Shown here: positions 49,959 through 61,000 of the stretch, one piece after another | How the letters are laid out: every line of letters starts with the position of its first letter | How positions within the stretch are numbered: position 1 is the stretch's first letter | NCBI GenBank assembly: GCA_040954595.2 | Contig: CM082590.2 | Span: 8,060,001 to 8,124,000 of the forward strand | DNA length: 64,000 bases | Direction: 5' to 3' | DNA from: Balanoglossus misakiensis | Taxonomy: Eukaryota; Animalia; Hemichordata | Made by a program: the position numbers and the translations under genes | The notes under the pieces: generated by a model | The model's input: the letters and a program-made list of their open reading frames with translations, nothing else | Told to the model about the DNA's origin: nothing | Databases searched by the model: none

Positions 49959-50797
49959 GGATTCTGCCTGAGATACCTGTCAGGCAACAGCTGAAAATGA
50001 AAATATATACAAGTCCGGATGTTACTAGAGTTGACTTTGAAGTTTCAATTCAATGATAGTACTGTTAAACGGGAAAACTTCACGAGAGCCAATAAAATGC
50101 GAAAATAAATAGTCGCGAAAGAACAATGTGTATAATAGAATGTTTTTCGAAGATTAGAGAACGTGAAAATTATTTATCGTGGAATAGTCGCTTCTGATGA
50201 TATTGTGAACATTTTTGGTTTAATTTATTTTGGTCTCATCTTATGTATAAAAGGGAAGCGGTCGTCGCACCGCGTGGGTGTCCCCCTTGATGAGAATATG
50301 TCCTCCCATACCAGCACAAACCCCACTGCAGTCGCCACAACCTACTAGGATCTTCAGTTGCTGTCATGCCCAGTCTTTGCTACGGTTGGGTGCTTCGTTC
50401 ATTCTAAGAATGATCTAATTTCAGGGATTTGTGGATGAATTGTAATGTTTATAAACAAACAAATGCAGTGCAATGACCCCTTCACTTTAACATGAACCCT
50501 CTAGTATGTAAGACATAGCCACTCAACATATCTCTCTTGTGTATACGTGTGCAGACAGAGACCAGTTTATAGCTGTCTCATATCTCTGTTCAATTCGGTT
50601 TCTTAGTTTAGATCTATAGGTCATTGCTTTTACTTTGTAGTTCGTAACTGTACTACTAACTAGCCGGCACACTTTTTGGCAAATCTGAATTACTGAATAC
50701 ACAGTGAGGATGATTGAAATTGGCAGAGAAATACTTTGAATATACCAGTACTTACCGTGTACATGTGTCCTCTAAAGCAACGTACGTGACAACGGGG

Positions 50798-50814
50798 TGA
50801 CCTTTTTCTGACCT
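50798..50814 (-). promoter_or_regulatory. Perfect DR5 nuclear-receptor element AGGTCA(n5)AGGTCA next to the 5' exon of GNAT A'
   Basis: Plus strand TGACCT-ttttc-TGACCT, ~45 bp from the donor cg|gtaagt. Confidence 0.45.
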
Positions 50815-51290
50815 TTTAACATTGACCGTTCAATGTTTTATGGAGGTCATTTATTATCCAGTGTAGTTTAATCATTTCTGATTGGTTGGTGAATAATGAT
50901 TGGCATTTCCCCTACTTTGTTACATGTTAAAGTAGGCGGGACCAAATATTTTTGCTGTACCATTCTAAACATGGAAGACACATATTTACAGACTATATAA
51001 AAGACTCCATATTTTGGATTTTATTGTATTTGTTCAATAATAGAGACATGAATAAGATATAAAGTTTGGAATAATATAGTTTATTTAGAGGTTTATAATA
51101 TAATTTATTATTTATGATTATTTATGCAAAATTTAATGATCAGTTAAAACTTCCCTTCTCTACATATATTAAAAAAATTGGAATGGTGTTTTATCTGAAG
51201 AATGTAAAAGAATATACCATAAACTTGATTGGTATACACCACATGCTTATTTTTAAAATGTAAAGCATCAAATATCAATTATATTACAGA

Positions 51291-51941
51291 CTACAGCATC
51301 TTCATGCAAATAGTTGCCCCTCGAAACTTGCTGGGCATATCAGCAAATGGTTTATAACCATCTGTTTCAAAACTGACATATTCTATCATTTCACCGATCT
51401 GCACGAACCCCGCAGATCCGAAGACGTGTTGAGTGATAGGGTTTGTCAGGATAGAGTAAACCATCTTGGCGCCTTGAGATTTCCCCATTTCCAAGGTTTC
51501 TTGCAGTAGTCGCCGTGAGATACCGCGACCGTGGTAACCATCGCCGACAGCAACCATTGATACTTCCATGATGGTATTTCCTCCGGAGAGCAACGTCTGT
51601 GTTGCATCAACATGGAAAAGTCGATCCTTCAGTTCATCCAAAAGGCTGAAAATTGGCATCAATGGTTCCAATCCCTGGTCAGCAGAATCCTCATCATTCT
51701 TGTTTACGTCTGTAACGAGAACACTGGCTGCAACAGCGACTACCTTATCACTCGTGGTGTCCACGGCAACAGGCGAAATGCCATCGCGTATGACCTGGTT
51801 GACGACGCCTTCGGTGAAACCAGTCATGGTTTTGTTGGATATTTTCAAGCAACTTGTCGTCGGTTCGTTTTTCACAAAACAATCTGCTAGCAACCTCGCC
51901 ACCTGTGCACGGTGCGAGTCGTTTATTTTCATAAATTCCAT
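51291..51941 (-). CDS. GNAT N-acyltransferase, AANAT-like, copy D (216 aa, most divergent)
   Basis: FVKNEPTT, VAVGDGYHGRGISRRLL, ILTNPITQHV. Confidence 0.88.
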   Translation of the reverse strand: MEFMKINDSHRAQVARLLADCFVKNEPTTSCLKISNKTMTGFTEGVVNQVIRDGISPVAVDTTSDKVVAVAASVLVTDVNKNDEDSADQGLEPLMPIFSLLDELKDRLFHVDATQTLLSGGNTIMEVSMVAVGDGYHGRGISRRLLQETLEMGKSQGAKMVYSILTNPITQHVFGSAGFVQIGEMIEYVSFETDGYKPFADMPSKFRGATICMKML

Positions 51942-52878
51942 CGCTGGTTGCTTTTGATTCAAACCTGCATAAGCAAGGCAAATGCAAAATCTGTCCTTAA
52001 TACTAGTAGCAAAGTATCTTTAATAGACAGCCTCACAGGTAGTTCTATTCAAGTCAAACCATTACTTTTGTTTTCAAAAAAGTTGTCGTAAATATAGAGG
52101 ACTGAGGTGAATACCTAGTGAATATTGCAGAGTTTTTTTAGACACTTACCTTATTATGTGCAGTTAAAAGACCTCCTGGTATATGCCCTTGGCCCATACT
52201 GTTGTCTGTATATATATATGATCCCTATCATTGGTGCTGGTACTTAATATAGAAACCTTATATAACTTTATGCAATACTGTATTGGCATTTGCCTTCATG
52301 AAAGGATTATAAGCATACGTCAGATACATGTGTCTGCTGATATTTAATTACTATGTGCGTCCCCAGACATGATTTCATTTAAAAAACAATAACTGTTTCT
52401 GTACAGTATAGCCTTTGAGAACAGGATATTTCTTTACTATCAATCACGTGATCTGGCCATGTGTCCCAGGGCGTTGTCATTTCCAGATGACGGGCATGCA
52501 ATATTCCGGCATTCAGTCAAAGGTTCCCGAGTATGTTTTTACTTTTAACCGCCAGACACGTAACATGTATCGGATATGGTACCTCATCAGCTACTCATGC
52601 TATTATGTCAAATACATGAGTCTACTCAACTGAACTTTACTTTGTGTCTCAAGACATATACTGATAGCGATAGCCAAAAGTTAGTAACTAATCCCTTTAA
52701 GGGTAGTGTGACTGCCTTGTCAAAATCAGATTCCTTAACCTTTTCTTATTCAGTTTGTATTTTGCTCAAGGCTAGACTGTAAGGTGATCGAGTGAGGAGG
52801 TACTTCTCCTAGAACTGTGACATTATTTGAAATGCACTGACTAATGAATTGCCAACGTATTAGTACTGTATTGCCTCT

Positions 52879-53232
52879 TTAAAGGGACAAAGTCTCTCGC
52901 TCGCTGCCATTTTTCCATTAATTATGTTTCATACAAGACACCATTTATGTTATTCTACATGTTATATGCAGTGAATCAACGTTCAACCACACACAACTTC
53001 CATCCCGTTTGTAGGATATGAGAGTAAAACCTCGACCAAAATGAATAAATGGTAGAGAACGATTATTCATTTTGGTGAGTTTTTTACCCTAGTGTCTACA
53101 AGTGGGATGGAAGTTGTGTGTGGTCGAACGTTCATTCACTATATATCCACATGTAGAATAATATAAATGGTGTCTTGTATCAAATATAATTATTGGAAAA
53201 AGGGCAGTGAGAGAGAGACTTTGTCCCTTTAA
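52879..53232. mobile_element. Full T2/Kolobok-type AGGGACAAAG MITE
   Basis: ttaa-agggacaaag..ctttgtccct-ttaa. Confidence 0.85.
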
Positions 53233-53560
53233 GTTTGTTATCAAGACCAAGATATTTTGAGCACACAATAACGGCCATTCAAAGTAAATGTATTGGATGA
53301 TGCATAAATGACATGGAAAATGGAAAAGAGGGTGTGTGTTTCTTATCAATATCACATTTTTTTTCATGTCAAAAACAATAATTTTTATTCACTTTATTTT
53401 TTTAACAGGCGAGAGACAAGAAACTGCAAGGAATGATTGAAATTTTGAATAATGATCTGAAATCACAGAAGAGCAAAACAAAGTCTAGAGTCCGTGGAAG
53501 ACAGATGGATTTCCAGTGTACAAGACCAGGAAGTGATGTCAAGTGTTTCGAAAATAGTAA
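53233..53560 (+). repeat. Segment duplicated at ~55515-55800, containing an exon-like coiled-coil fragment
   Basis: aagaccaagatattttgag..tttaacag|GCGAGAGACAAGAAACTGCAA.. (ARDKKLQGMIEILNNDLKSQKSK). The second copy is frameshifted. Confidence 0.6.
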
Positions 53561-53753
53561 GTGAATCCTGCGCCAAACGTGGCACACGCTATATAAGCAC
53601 ATGTACTTGTCCTAGAACTGTCATTTTTGTGAAATGCACTTTGTCATCGTAAAACTGTATTGTCGTACAGTCTAGTTTTGAGGACAGAGTTTGCAATTTT
53701 GTTATTTTGAGTTCATTTTGAATTTGAAAGAATTCAATATAATGATCACATTC

Positions 53754-54413
53754 TTAGAGTTTCTGCATCAAATGCAATGTTGCTCCTGTGTGTTCAGAAG
53801 CCATACCAGTGAATGGTTTCTTGCCGTTCACTTCAAAGTCACGGTATAGAAGCATGTCGCCAACTTGCGCAAATCCTGGCGTTTTGTCGAAAATGATCTG
53901 TGTGATGTGGCTTGTTAGAACTGTGTAAGCCATCTGTGCGCCTTTAGATTTGCCGAGATCTAAACTCTCCCGCGTCAGACGTCTTGTGATGCCTTGTCCG
54001 TGATAACCATCGCTCACGACAGCAAGGAATAACTCCATGAATTTCCCGCCTTCAGACTGCAGTTTCCTGACTTCCGGGATGTGTCCCAACCTTTCCTTCA
54101 ATTTGGCGAAAACACCGAATGCGGGTCCAAGCTCTTCACATGTCGCCAACTCGGAAAATTCTTCATCGACCTCATTTGCGCTGTAGAGGAGAAAATTGAC
54201 AAACGCGCCGACGATTTTGTTTGTCTTGGTATCTATGGCAACCACTGATATTCCATCATTTATCCCCCTGTTCACAGAAACTTCAGCAAAACGTTTGATA
54301 ACGTCAACAGACGGGTTCAAGGCGGTAGTAATAGGCCCATGCTGTCTCAGTACATCAACAACCAGTCTGACCAACTCTTCGCGGTGTTTTTCTTGCAATA
54401 GACCAAACTCCAT
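53754..54413 (-). CDS. GNAT N-acyltransferase, AANAT-like, copy C' (219 aa, EP->GP, ends -QKL)
   Basis: Close paralog of copy C; LRQHGPIT, GYHGQGITRRL. Confidence 0.88.
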   Translation of the reverse strand: MEFGLLQEKHREELVRLVVDVLRQHGPITTALNPSVDVIKRFAEVSVNRGINDGISVVAIDTKTNKIVGAFVNFLLYSANEVDEEFSELATCEELGPAFGVFAKLKERLGHIPEVRKLQSEGGKFMELFLAVVSDGYHGQGITRRLTRESLDLGKSKGAQMAYTVLTSHITQIIFDKTPGFAQVGDMLLYRDFEVNGKKPFTGMASEHTGATLHLMQKL

Positions 54414-54463
54414 CGTGATTCGTCTTCAGTTATCTGTCAAATACGCAATAGTAAAAGTTTCTA

Positions 54464-54818
54464 TTAAAGGGACAAAGTCTCTCTCTCGCTGCCCTTTTTT
54501 CCATCAATTATATTTGATACAAGACACCATTTGTTATTCTACATGTGGATATATAGTGAATCAACGTTCCATCACACACAACTTCCATCCCTCTTGTAGA
54601 CAGGAGAGTGAAAAAACTCACCAAAATGAATAATCGTTCTTTACCATTTATTCATTTTGGGCGAGTTTTTACTCTCATATCCTACAAACGGGATGGAAGT
54701 TGTGTGTGGTTTAACGTTGATTCACTATATATCCACATGTACATTAACATAAATGGTGTCTTGTATCAAACATAATTAATGGAATAAGGGTAGCTGGAGA
54801 GAGACTTTGTCCCTTTAA
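54464..54818. mobile_element. Full T2/Kolobok-type AGGGACAAAG MITE in the intron of GNAT C'
   Basis: TTAA-flanked with long TIRs; absent from the paralogous intron of copy C. Confidence 0.85.
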
Positions 54819-54932
54819 AATCACATGTAAAATGTAACAAGTGGACCTTAGGCTTAGTGTAGGTGGACAGATCAAACTTAACCACTACAAATGATTGAAG
54901 TTGGGTCAGCGCGTGTATTTCCATGTCAATTC

Positions 54933-54949
54933 AGGTCAATTCAGGTTCA
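54933..54949 (+). promoter_or_regulatory. DR5 element AGGTCA(n5)GGTTCA with an upstream DR4 half-site, in GNAT C' intron 1
   Basis: atgtca-attc-AGGTCA-attca-GGTTCA. Confidence 0.4.
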
Positions 54950-56420
54950 GTTTAACCCTTTCACCCCCAGTTTCCTGTTTAGAGGTCCAACCATACTGTA
55001 GAAAACAATGGGTTTGGACTGAACCATGGTGGTGAAAGGGTTAAAAGGTCAGTCGTACACTCCTTACAGACAGTCTGAAAGCATATACACACATATACTG
55101 TCGACAATGGCCGACAAGGTCTCTTAAGTACCTACATTGAATCTCAAAAGGATCGCGGGATGATTTTCAATACGATGCAATCGCCCGATTTCACACTCTT
55201 CTGATGTACGAATCAGCAAGCTATAACCTTGATTCACTAAATAGTCACCACTGTGTGAATATCTGAACTGGTACACAATATCGCCGTGTGGAATTATGGG
55301 TGTTGCATACAGTCAGGGGTGACTGAACTCAAATGTAGGTCGATATCACAATACATGTGCGTCCGTATATAAAGTGCGCTTAACGTTGTATCTGTCGGCC
55401 TGTCTATGTGTGTATCATGACTGTTTATAATATGATATTATCTCAAGAACGACTCAACTATAGTCTTACCTGTGCATGGGGACTATAATGTAGTCACAGA
55501 GTTCTCCTTTGTGATTAAGACCAAGATATTTTGAGATCACGATAAACAAGAAGTTCCTGATAATTTTCTGTGCGAGTCTGGGCCGTTAAAAGTAAATGTA
55601 TAGTACATAAATTAACCCTGGATGATGCATACATGACATGGAAAATTGAAATGAGGCTTGGTTTTGTCTGATCAAAGGTATTTTTTGTCTTGCCAAAAAT
55701 TATATTTTTGTATTCACTTTAACTTTTTTAACAGGAGAGAGAAAAGAAACTGCAAGAGTGATTGAAATTTTGAGAATGATTTGAAATCGCAGAACAGCAA
55801 ACTGCAAGATAACTACCACATTATAGTTAGTGAAGTTGCAATCAGAGCAGATGAGACAAAATCCCAGAGAAAAGAGAACTAGTAGTGTTTGCATCGTGAT
55901 GTAACCGCGACAAAATAAGACAAAACCTTGGCAGATCGCTGCAGTATTTCAGTCGAGAAAATGAAACATATTTGCCAAATATGTTCATAGTTCTGACTTT
56001 TGGTACAAGACCAAACACTCAAATACTACAATTTTGGTCTCCAATTCGCGGTGGATGTATTGCACATGAATAAAATTGTGTTAAAAGCAAATTTTTTTTT
56101 GTACTTTGGGAGAATGTTCTAACTCTGATTGGAAATTTACAAAACCTCCATCCACATTACCCTAAAATAGTTCCAATCGTGCTCTCATCTCATGAAGATG
56201 GTTCGTCATCAACAAAAGCCATTTTTATAAATAACATCTCATTATTATTGTAGACTTTATTTGTACATATTTGCTGCATTTGAGGGTTTTATTTCTAGAT
56301 ATTCTTCCTTTCTAAACTTTTCCCATACTTTTCCATTGAGCAAAGAAGCAACATCGCCCTCACACGTCGAAAGAAAACTTTTCAAAACAATTGACCAATC
56401 ACATGCCACCTTATTTCAAA

Positions 56421-59400
56421 ATGGCGGCGCCCATGTACCTTTAGTCTTGGATATGTCATCGCCTGTTTATAGTCGATTTCACGTGTTTGCTGTGGATATT
56501 TTTGATGTTGCACTGTCGTGACTATGTATTTAAGAATCCCGGAAAACCAATGGACGTCAAATTGTGAGGTTAGTTGATGCATTAGTTGTAATTAGTGGCT
56601 TGTTTGGTTTCAATGGCCGAGTAGAGTATTAACTCAGGCAATACGAAGTTACCTTGCATAGTATAGTATTAGGACATTCAGAAACAGAGTCATATTGTCA
56701 CGGTTTTACCGTTCAGAATACTGTGTAGTGCCTTGATTGTTTATTGTCAACCAAAAAACACTGTAAAATGGGTACATTGTCAATTCTACTGGAGCTTGGA
56801 CTGCACCATTCTCGTGTGGGGAGGGTCAGTGTCGAGTCACCTGGTAACCCCTTTGGACATTACTCAGGCCTAAAATGAATGCTTTCCATTAACAGGAAGG
56901 AGAAGCCATGTACAGGGCACCAGCTCTGTTGAAATATGACAATGACAGGACACAAACAATAAAGTGAGTTTATACTTCAGATACATGTTTTTAATGATTC
57001 AGAATTTTTTAACATCTTTATCACGAGTTTCCATGGAAACAGTGCACTGCAAGTATTTACCATAGATTTACGCAGTTTGTGCATTTTTATTGAGACTGGT
57101 TCATAACCTGCCTTTTCCCTGAATTTAATTCTGTCTGCTTTCTTTCAGGAAGAACTCAATAGTCACTGTTATTTTTTAAAACTTTTTCATTAGTTTTAAT
57201 ATGTTTGTGTGTATTGTTGTCAAATGGTTATTATCTTTCCATCATCTCTTGATTAATTTTATAGTATTTGGGGTTTTGCGCTTATGTTTGTTTTGTCTTT
57301 ACATTTAATTGTTATCTTCTTTGTTACAAATGGTGAAATGAATATTCATGAAATCATCGATATGTTATGTATGAATCATAATATAACATGTTACTTGTAT
57401 GTCTTTTTTCACAGGTATGAGATGTTTGATTTACTTGATGTTAGCAACCAAGTCAGAAACCATGGATACTGACCTTGAATGGAAAAGGTGAGAACAGTTG
57501 ACCTTATTGACTCCTCAATTTTCTCAAGAGAATTTATCATCTACCATAGTAAATGATACTAACAACTAACAACTAACATATTGGCGTAGTGCGTTAATTA
57601 ATAATTTTCAATGAGACTGGTTTCTAATCTTGCTTTTGCCTTTAATTGATTCTGTCTGCTTTGTTTCAGGATGAACATAATAGTCACTTCTATTTTTTTG
57701 TACTTTTTACACTTATATATACATATTGTTTAAACTGTGTTTGGCTTGAATGAACAGTCTGTTTGTTGTTTGTGTTTTGTGTGTGTCTGTATGGGATTTG
57801 TGAGCTTTCTAGAAAATGGGAGTGTACTGTGGATGTAGTTCGAAGCCAAACACAGGCTGTGATAACTTGATTCTCACTGTTTTATTTGTTTTTATTAACA
57901 GGATGAAAATGATATCACCTTGGTAACCTATGTTTTCACGGTTTGGATTGATATGCTCTAAACACCAGTCGGAAACCATGGATACGGACCATGAATGGAA
58001 AAGGTGAGAACAGTTGACTTCTCAGTTTCCTTACTCTCATGCAACTGATAACAGCATTGATCATAAAGATGAGGTTTCTGATTTTACTGAAAGGAGATCA
58101 ACTAATTCTTGCATAAGACATTGTGTATGGAAACGAAATATGTTCAAGAGAATTTACTATAGTACATTACTTTTCATTGAGACTGGTTTTTAACCTGGCT
58201 TTTTGCCTTTATTTGATTCTGCTTTGTTTCAGGATGAACACAATAGTCACTTCTATTTTTTATACTATTTTGAAAATATTTGTCTATTGAATTAACAGAG
58301 TGTGTGTTGTTTGTTTAAGTCTGTATGGGATTGTGAGCTTTCTAGAAAATGGGAGTGTACTGTGGATGTAGTTCAACTTCAAAGTAAAGCCAAACACAGG
58401 CTGTAATAACTTATGATTCTCACAGTTTTGTTTGTTTTTATTAACAGGATGAAAATGATATCACCTTGGTAACCTGGATTGACATGCTCCAAACACTAAG
58501 TCAGAAACCATGGATACACGGACTATGAATGGAAAAGGTGAGAACAGTTGACCTCATTGACTCCTCAATCTCCTCACTCTGAGATGACTGATAACGACAT
58601 TGATAAACAAAGATGAGAATATTGATTTTAGTGAAAGCAGATCAAACAATTCTTGGATGACTCAAAGAAGAGATATTTCTGATAGTGTTTTGTGAATTCA
58701 AACATTGAGACATTGTGTTTCTAACCTGGCTTTTTGCCTTTATTTGGTTCTGTCTGCTTTGTTTCAGGATGAACGCCATATTCACTTCTATTCTTTAAAC
58801 TATTTTGAAAATATTTGTCTATTTTGTGTTTGGCTTGAATTAACAGAGTGTGTGTTGTTTGTTTATGTCTGTATGGGATTGTGAGCTTTCTAGAAAATGG
58901 GAGTGTACTGTGGATGTAGTTCGAAGCCAAACACAGTCTGTAATAACTTATGATTCTCACAGTTTTGTTTATTTTTATTAACAGGATGAAAATGATATCA
59001 CCTTGGTAACATAGGTTTTCAAGGTTTTGATTGACATGCTCGAAACACCAGTCAGAAACCATGGATACGGACCATGAATTGAAAAGGTGAGAACAGTTGA
59101 CTTCTCAGTTTCCTTACTCTCATGCAACTGATAACAGAATTGATCATAAAGATGAGGTTTCTGATTTTACTGAAAGGAGATCAAATAATCCTTGGATGAC
59201 TCAAAGAAGAGATATTTCTGATAGTGTTTTGTGAATTCAAACATTGTGTTTCTAACCTGGCTTTTTGCCTTTATTTGGTTCTGTCTGCTTTGTTTCAGGA
59301 TGAATGCCATAGTCACTATTCTTTATACTATTTTGAAAATATTTGTCTATTTTGTGTTTGGCTTGAATTAACAGAGTGTGTGTTGTTTGTTTGTGTCTGT

Positions 59401-60210
59401 ATGGGATTGTGAGCTTTCTAGAAAATGGGAGTGTACTGTGGATGTAGTTCAAAGCCAAACACAGGCTGTAATAATTTATGATTCTCACAGTTTTGTTTAT
59501 TATTATTTGCAGGATGGAAATGAAATCACCTAGGTATAAACCTGGGTTTCCATGGATAAGGATTGACATGCCCCCAAAAATGGAAAAGGTGAGAACAATT
59601 GACCTTATTGACTCCTTAATTTCTCAACATTCATACATTTAGTGTCTCTGGCTTGTGCAGGAAATTTGTCTGATAAAGAAATTGATAAACAAAGATGAAA
59701 TTATTGATTTTGATGGGAAGAGATATTGTTTTGTGAATTCAATTATTGAGACATTGTGTTTCTAACCTGGCTTTTGGCCTTTATTTGGTTCTGTCTGCTT
59801 TCTTTCAGGATGAATGCCATATTCACTTCTATTTTTTATATCTCTTACAAATAATATTGATAATGTTTGTCTTTTTTGAAAATTGTGAAATGATAATGAA
59901 ATAAAATCATAAAATCTTTCATGCTAAACTGAATCGTTATACAATGTGACTGGTATGTTATTTTTTTTCACAGGTATGAGATGTACGTTCGAGCTGATGT
60001 GTGGGCCGTCCACATTCCAGACCGGAGTACCTTGTACACCACACAGTAGAACAGAGCTGCTCAGTTTGAATTTGTGATTGACATCATGAATAAACAGTCA
60101 GACAGCCAAGTCCTTAGTTGCGTATTGGCAGTCAACAGATAAGAGAACTGTTTCTGTCGAAAATGTATAAGACACACTCAAAAATAAAGGACAAACACTG
60201 GCATGATTTG
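56421..60210 (+). pseudogene. Probable GT49 (LARGE/B4GAT1-like) glycosyltransferase pseudogene
   Basis: First exon MAAPMYL*SWICHRLFIVDFTCLLWIFLMLH.. is signal-anchor-like with 2 stops. Repeated exon ~PRY..GFHG.G.DM..H..E. Last exon from 59974, RYEMYVRADVWAVHIPD, resembles the GT49 C-terminal pattern PxYDxRFxGxG..H..E..yeFxVLPDxxxVHxPH. Confidence 0.45.
57080..59830. repeat. Tandem array of ~500-550-bp units (5+), each carrying a pseudo-exon
   Basis: Donor gaaaag|gtgagaac at ~57487, 58003, 58537, 59086 and 59588; conserved aacctggctttttgcc..tttcaggatgaa. Confidence 0.9.
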
Positions 60211-60364
60211 AAAATGTTGAATTGTTGGGAAAATAAAGATTGCTACTTTTGGGGGTGGTCGTATTTACAGAGTTGTACTTTTGAGCTGTATTTTCAACAT
60301 GGCTCACTATGTTAGACATCTGCAAGCTTTGATGAGAAAATGAACAAATTCGACTGTTAGGCAT

Positions 60365-61000
60365 TCATGTAGTTAGTGAATGACAATGTGAGCTATAGCC
60401 CCCTAGTCATCAAGTACCCCCCCTCCCCAGTCATCAAGTACCCCTCCCCCTCCCACTCTACATTAGTGAACGACAATGTGAGCTATAGCCCCATAGTCAT
60501 CAAGTACCCCCCTCCCCCACTACATTAGTGAATGACAATGTGAGATATAGCCCCCTAGTCATCAAGTACCCCTCCCCCTCCCCCTCTACATTAGTGAACG
60601 ACAATGTGAGCTATAGCCCCCTAGTCATCAATCATCCCTCCCCTCCCCCACTACATTAGTGAATGACAATGTGAGGTGAGCTATAGCCCCCTAGTCATCA
60701 AGCATCCCTCCCCCTCCCCACTACATTAGTGAATGACAATGTGAGGTGAGCTATAGCCCCCTAGTCATCAATTACCCGTCCCCTCCCCCACTACATTAGT
60801 GAATGATAATGTGAGGTGAGCTATAGCCCCCTAGTCATCAAGCACCCCTCCCCTCCCCCACTACATTAGTGAATGACAATGTGAGGTGAGCTATAGCCCC
60901 CTAGTCATCAATTACCCGTCCCCTCCCCCACTACATTAGTGAATGATAATGTGAGGTGAGCTATAGCCCCCTAGTCATCAAGCACCCTCCCCCTCCCCAT
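60365..61000. repeat. C-rich minisatellite, ~55-60 bp unit x ~10; isolated copy at ~61640-61715
   Basis: acattagtgaatgacaatgtga(ggtga)gctatagccccctagtcatcaa..ccctccccact. Confidence 0.92.

Noticed and set aside
43540-54413. Bacterial contamination or an operon for the intronless GNATs
   Set aside because: Copies have spliceosomal 5' UTR introns, host MITEs lie between them, and spacing is ~2 kb. An ancient HGT origin cannot be judged without a phylogeny.
58721-59569. Two similar ~110-aa minus-strand ORFs
   Set aside because: Chance frames in repeat units; the splice signals are on the plus strand.
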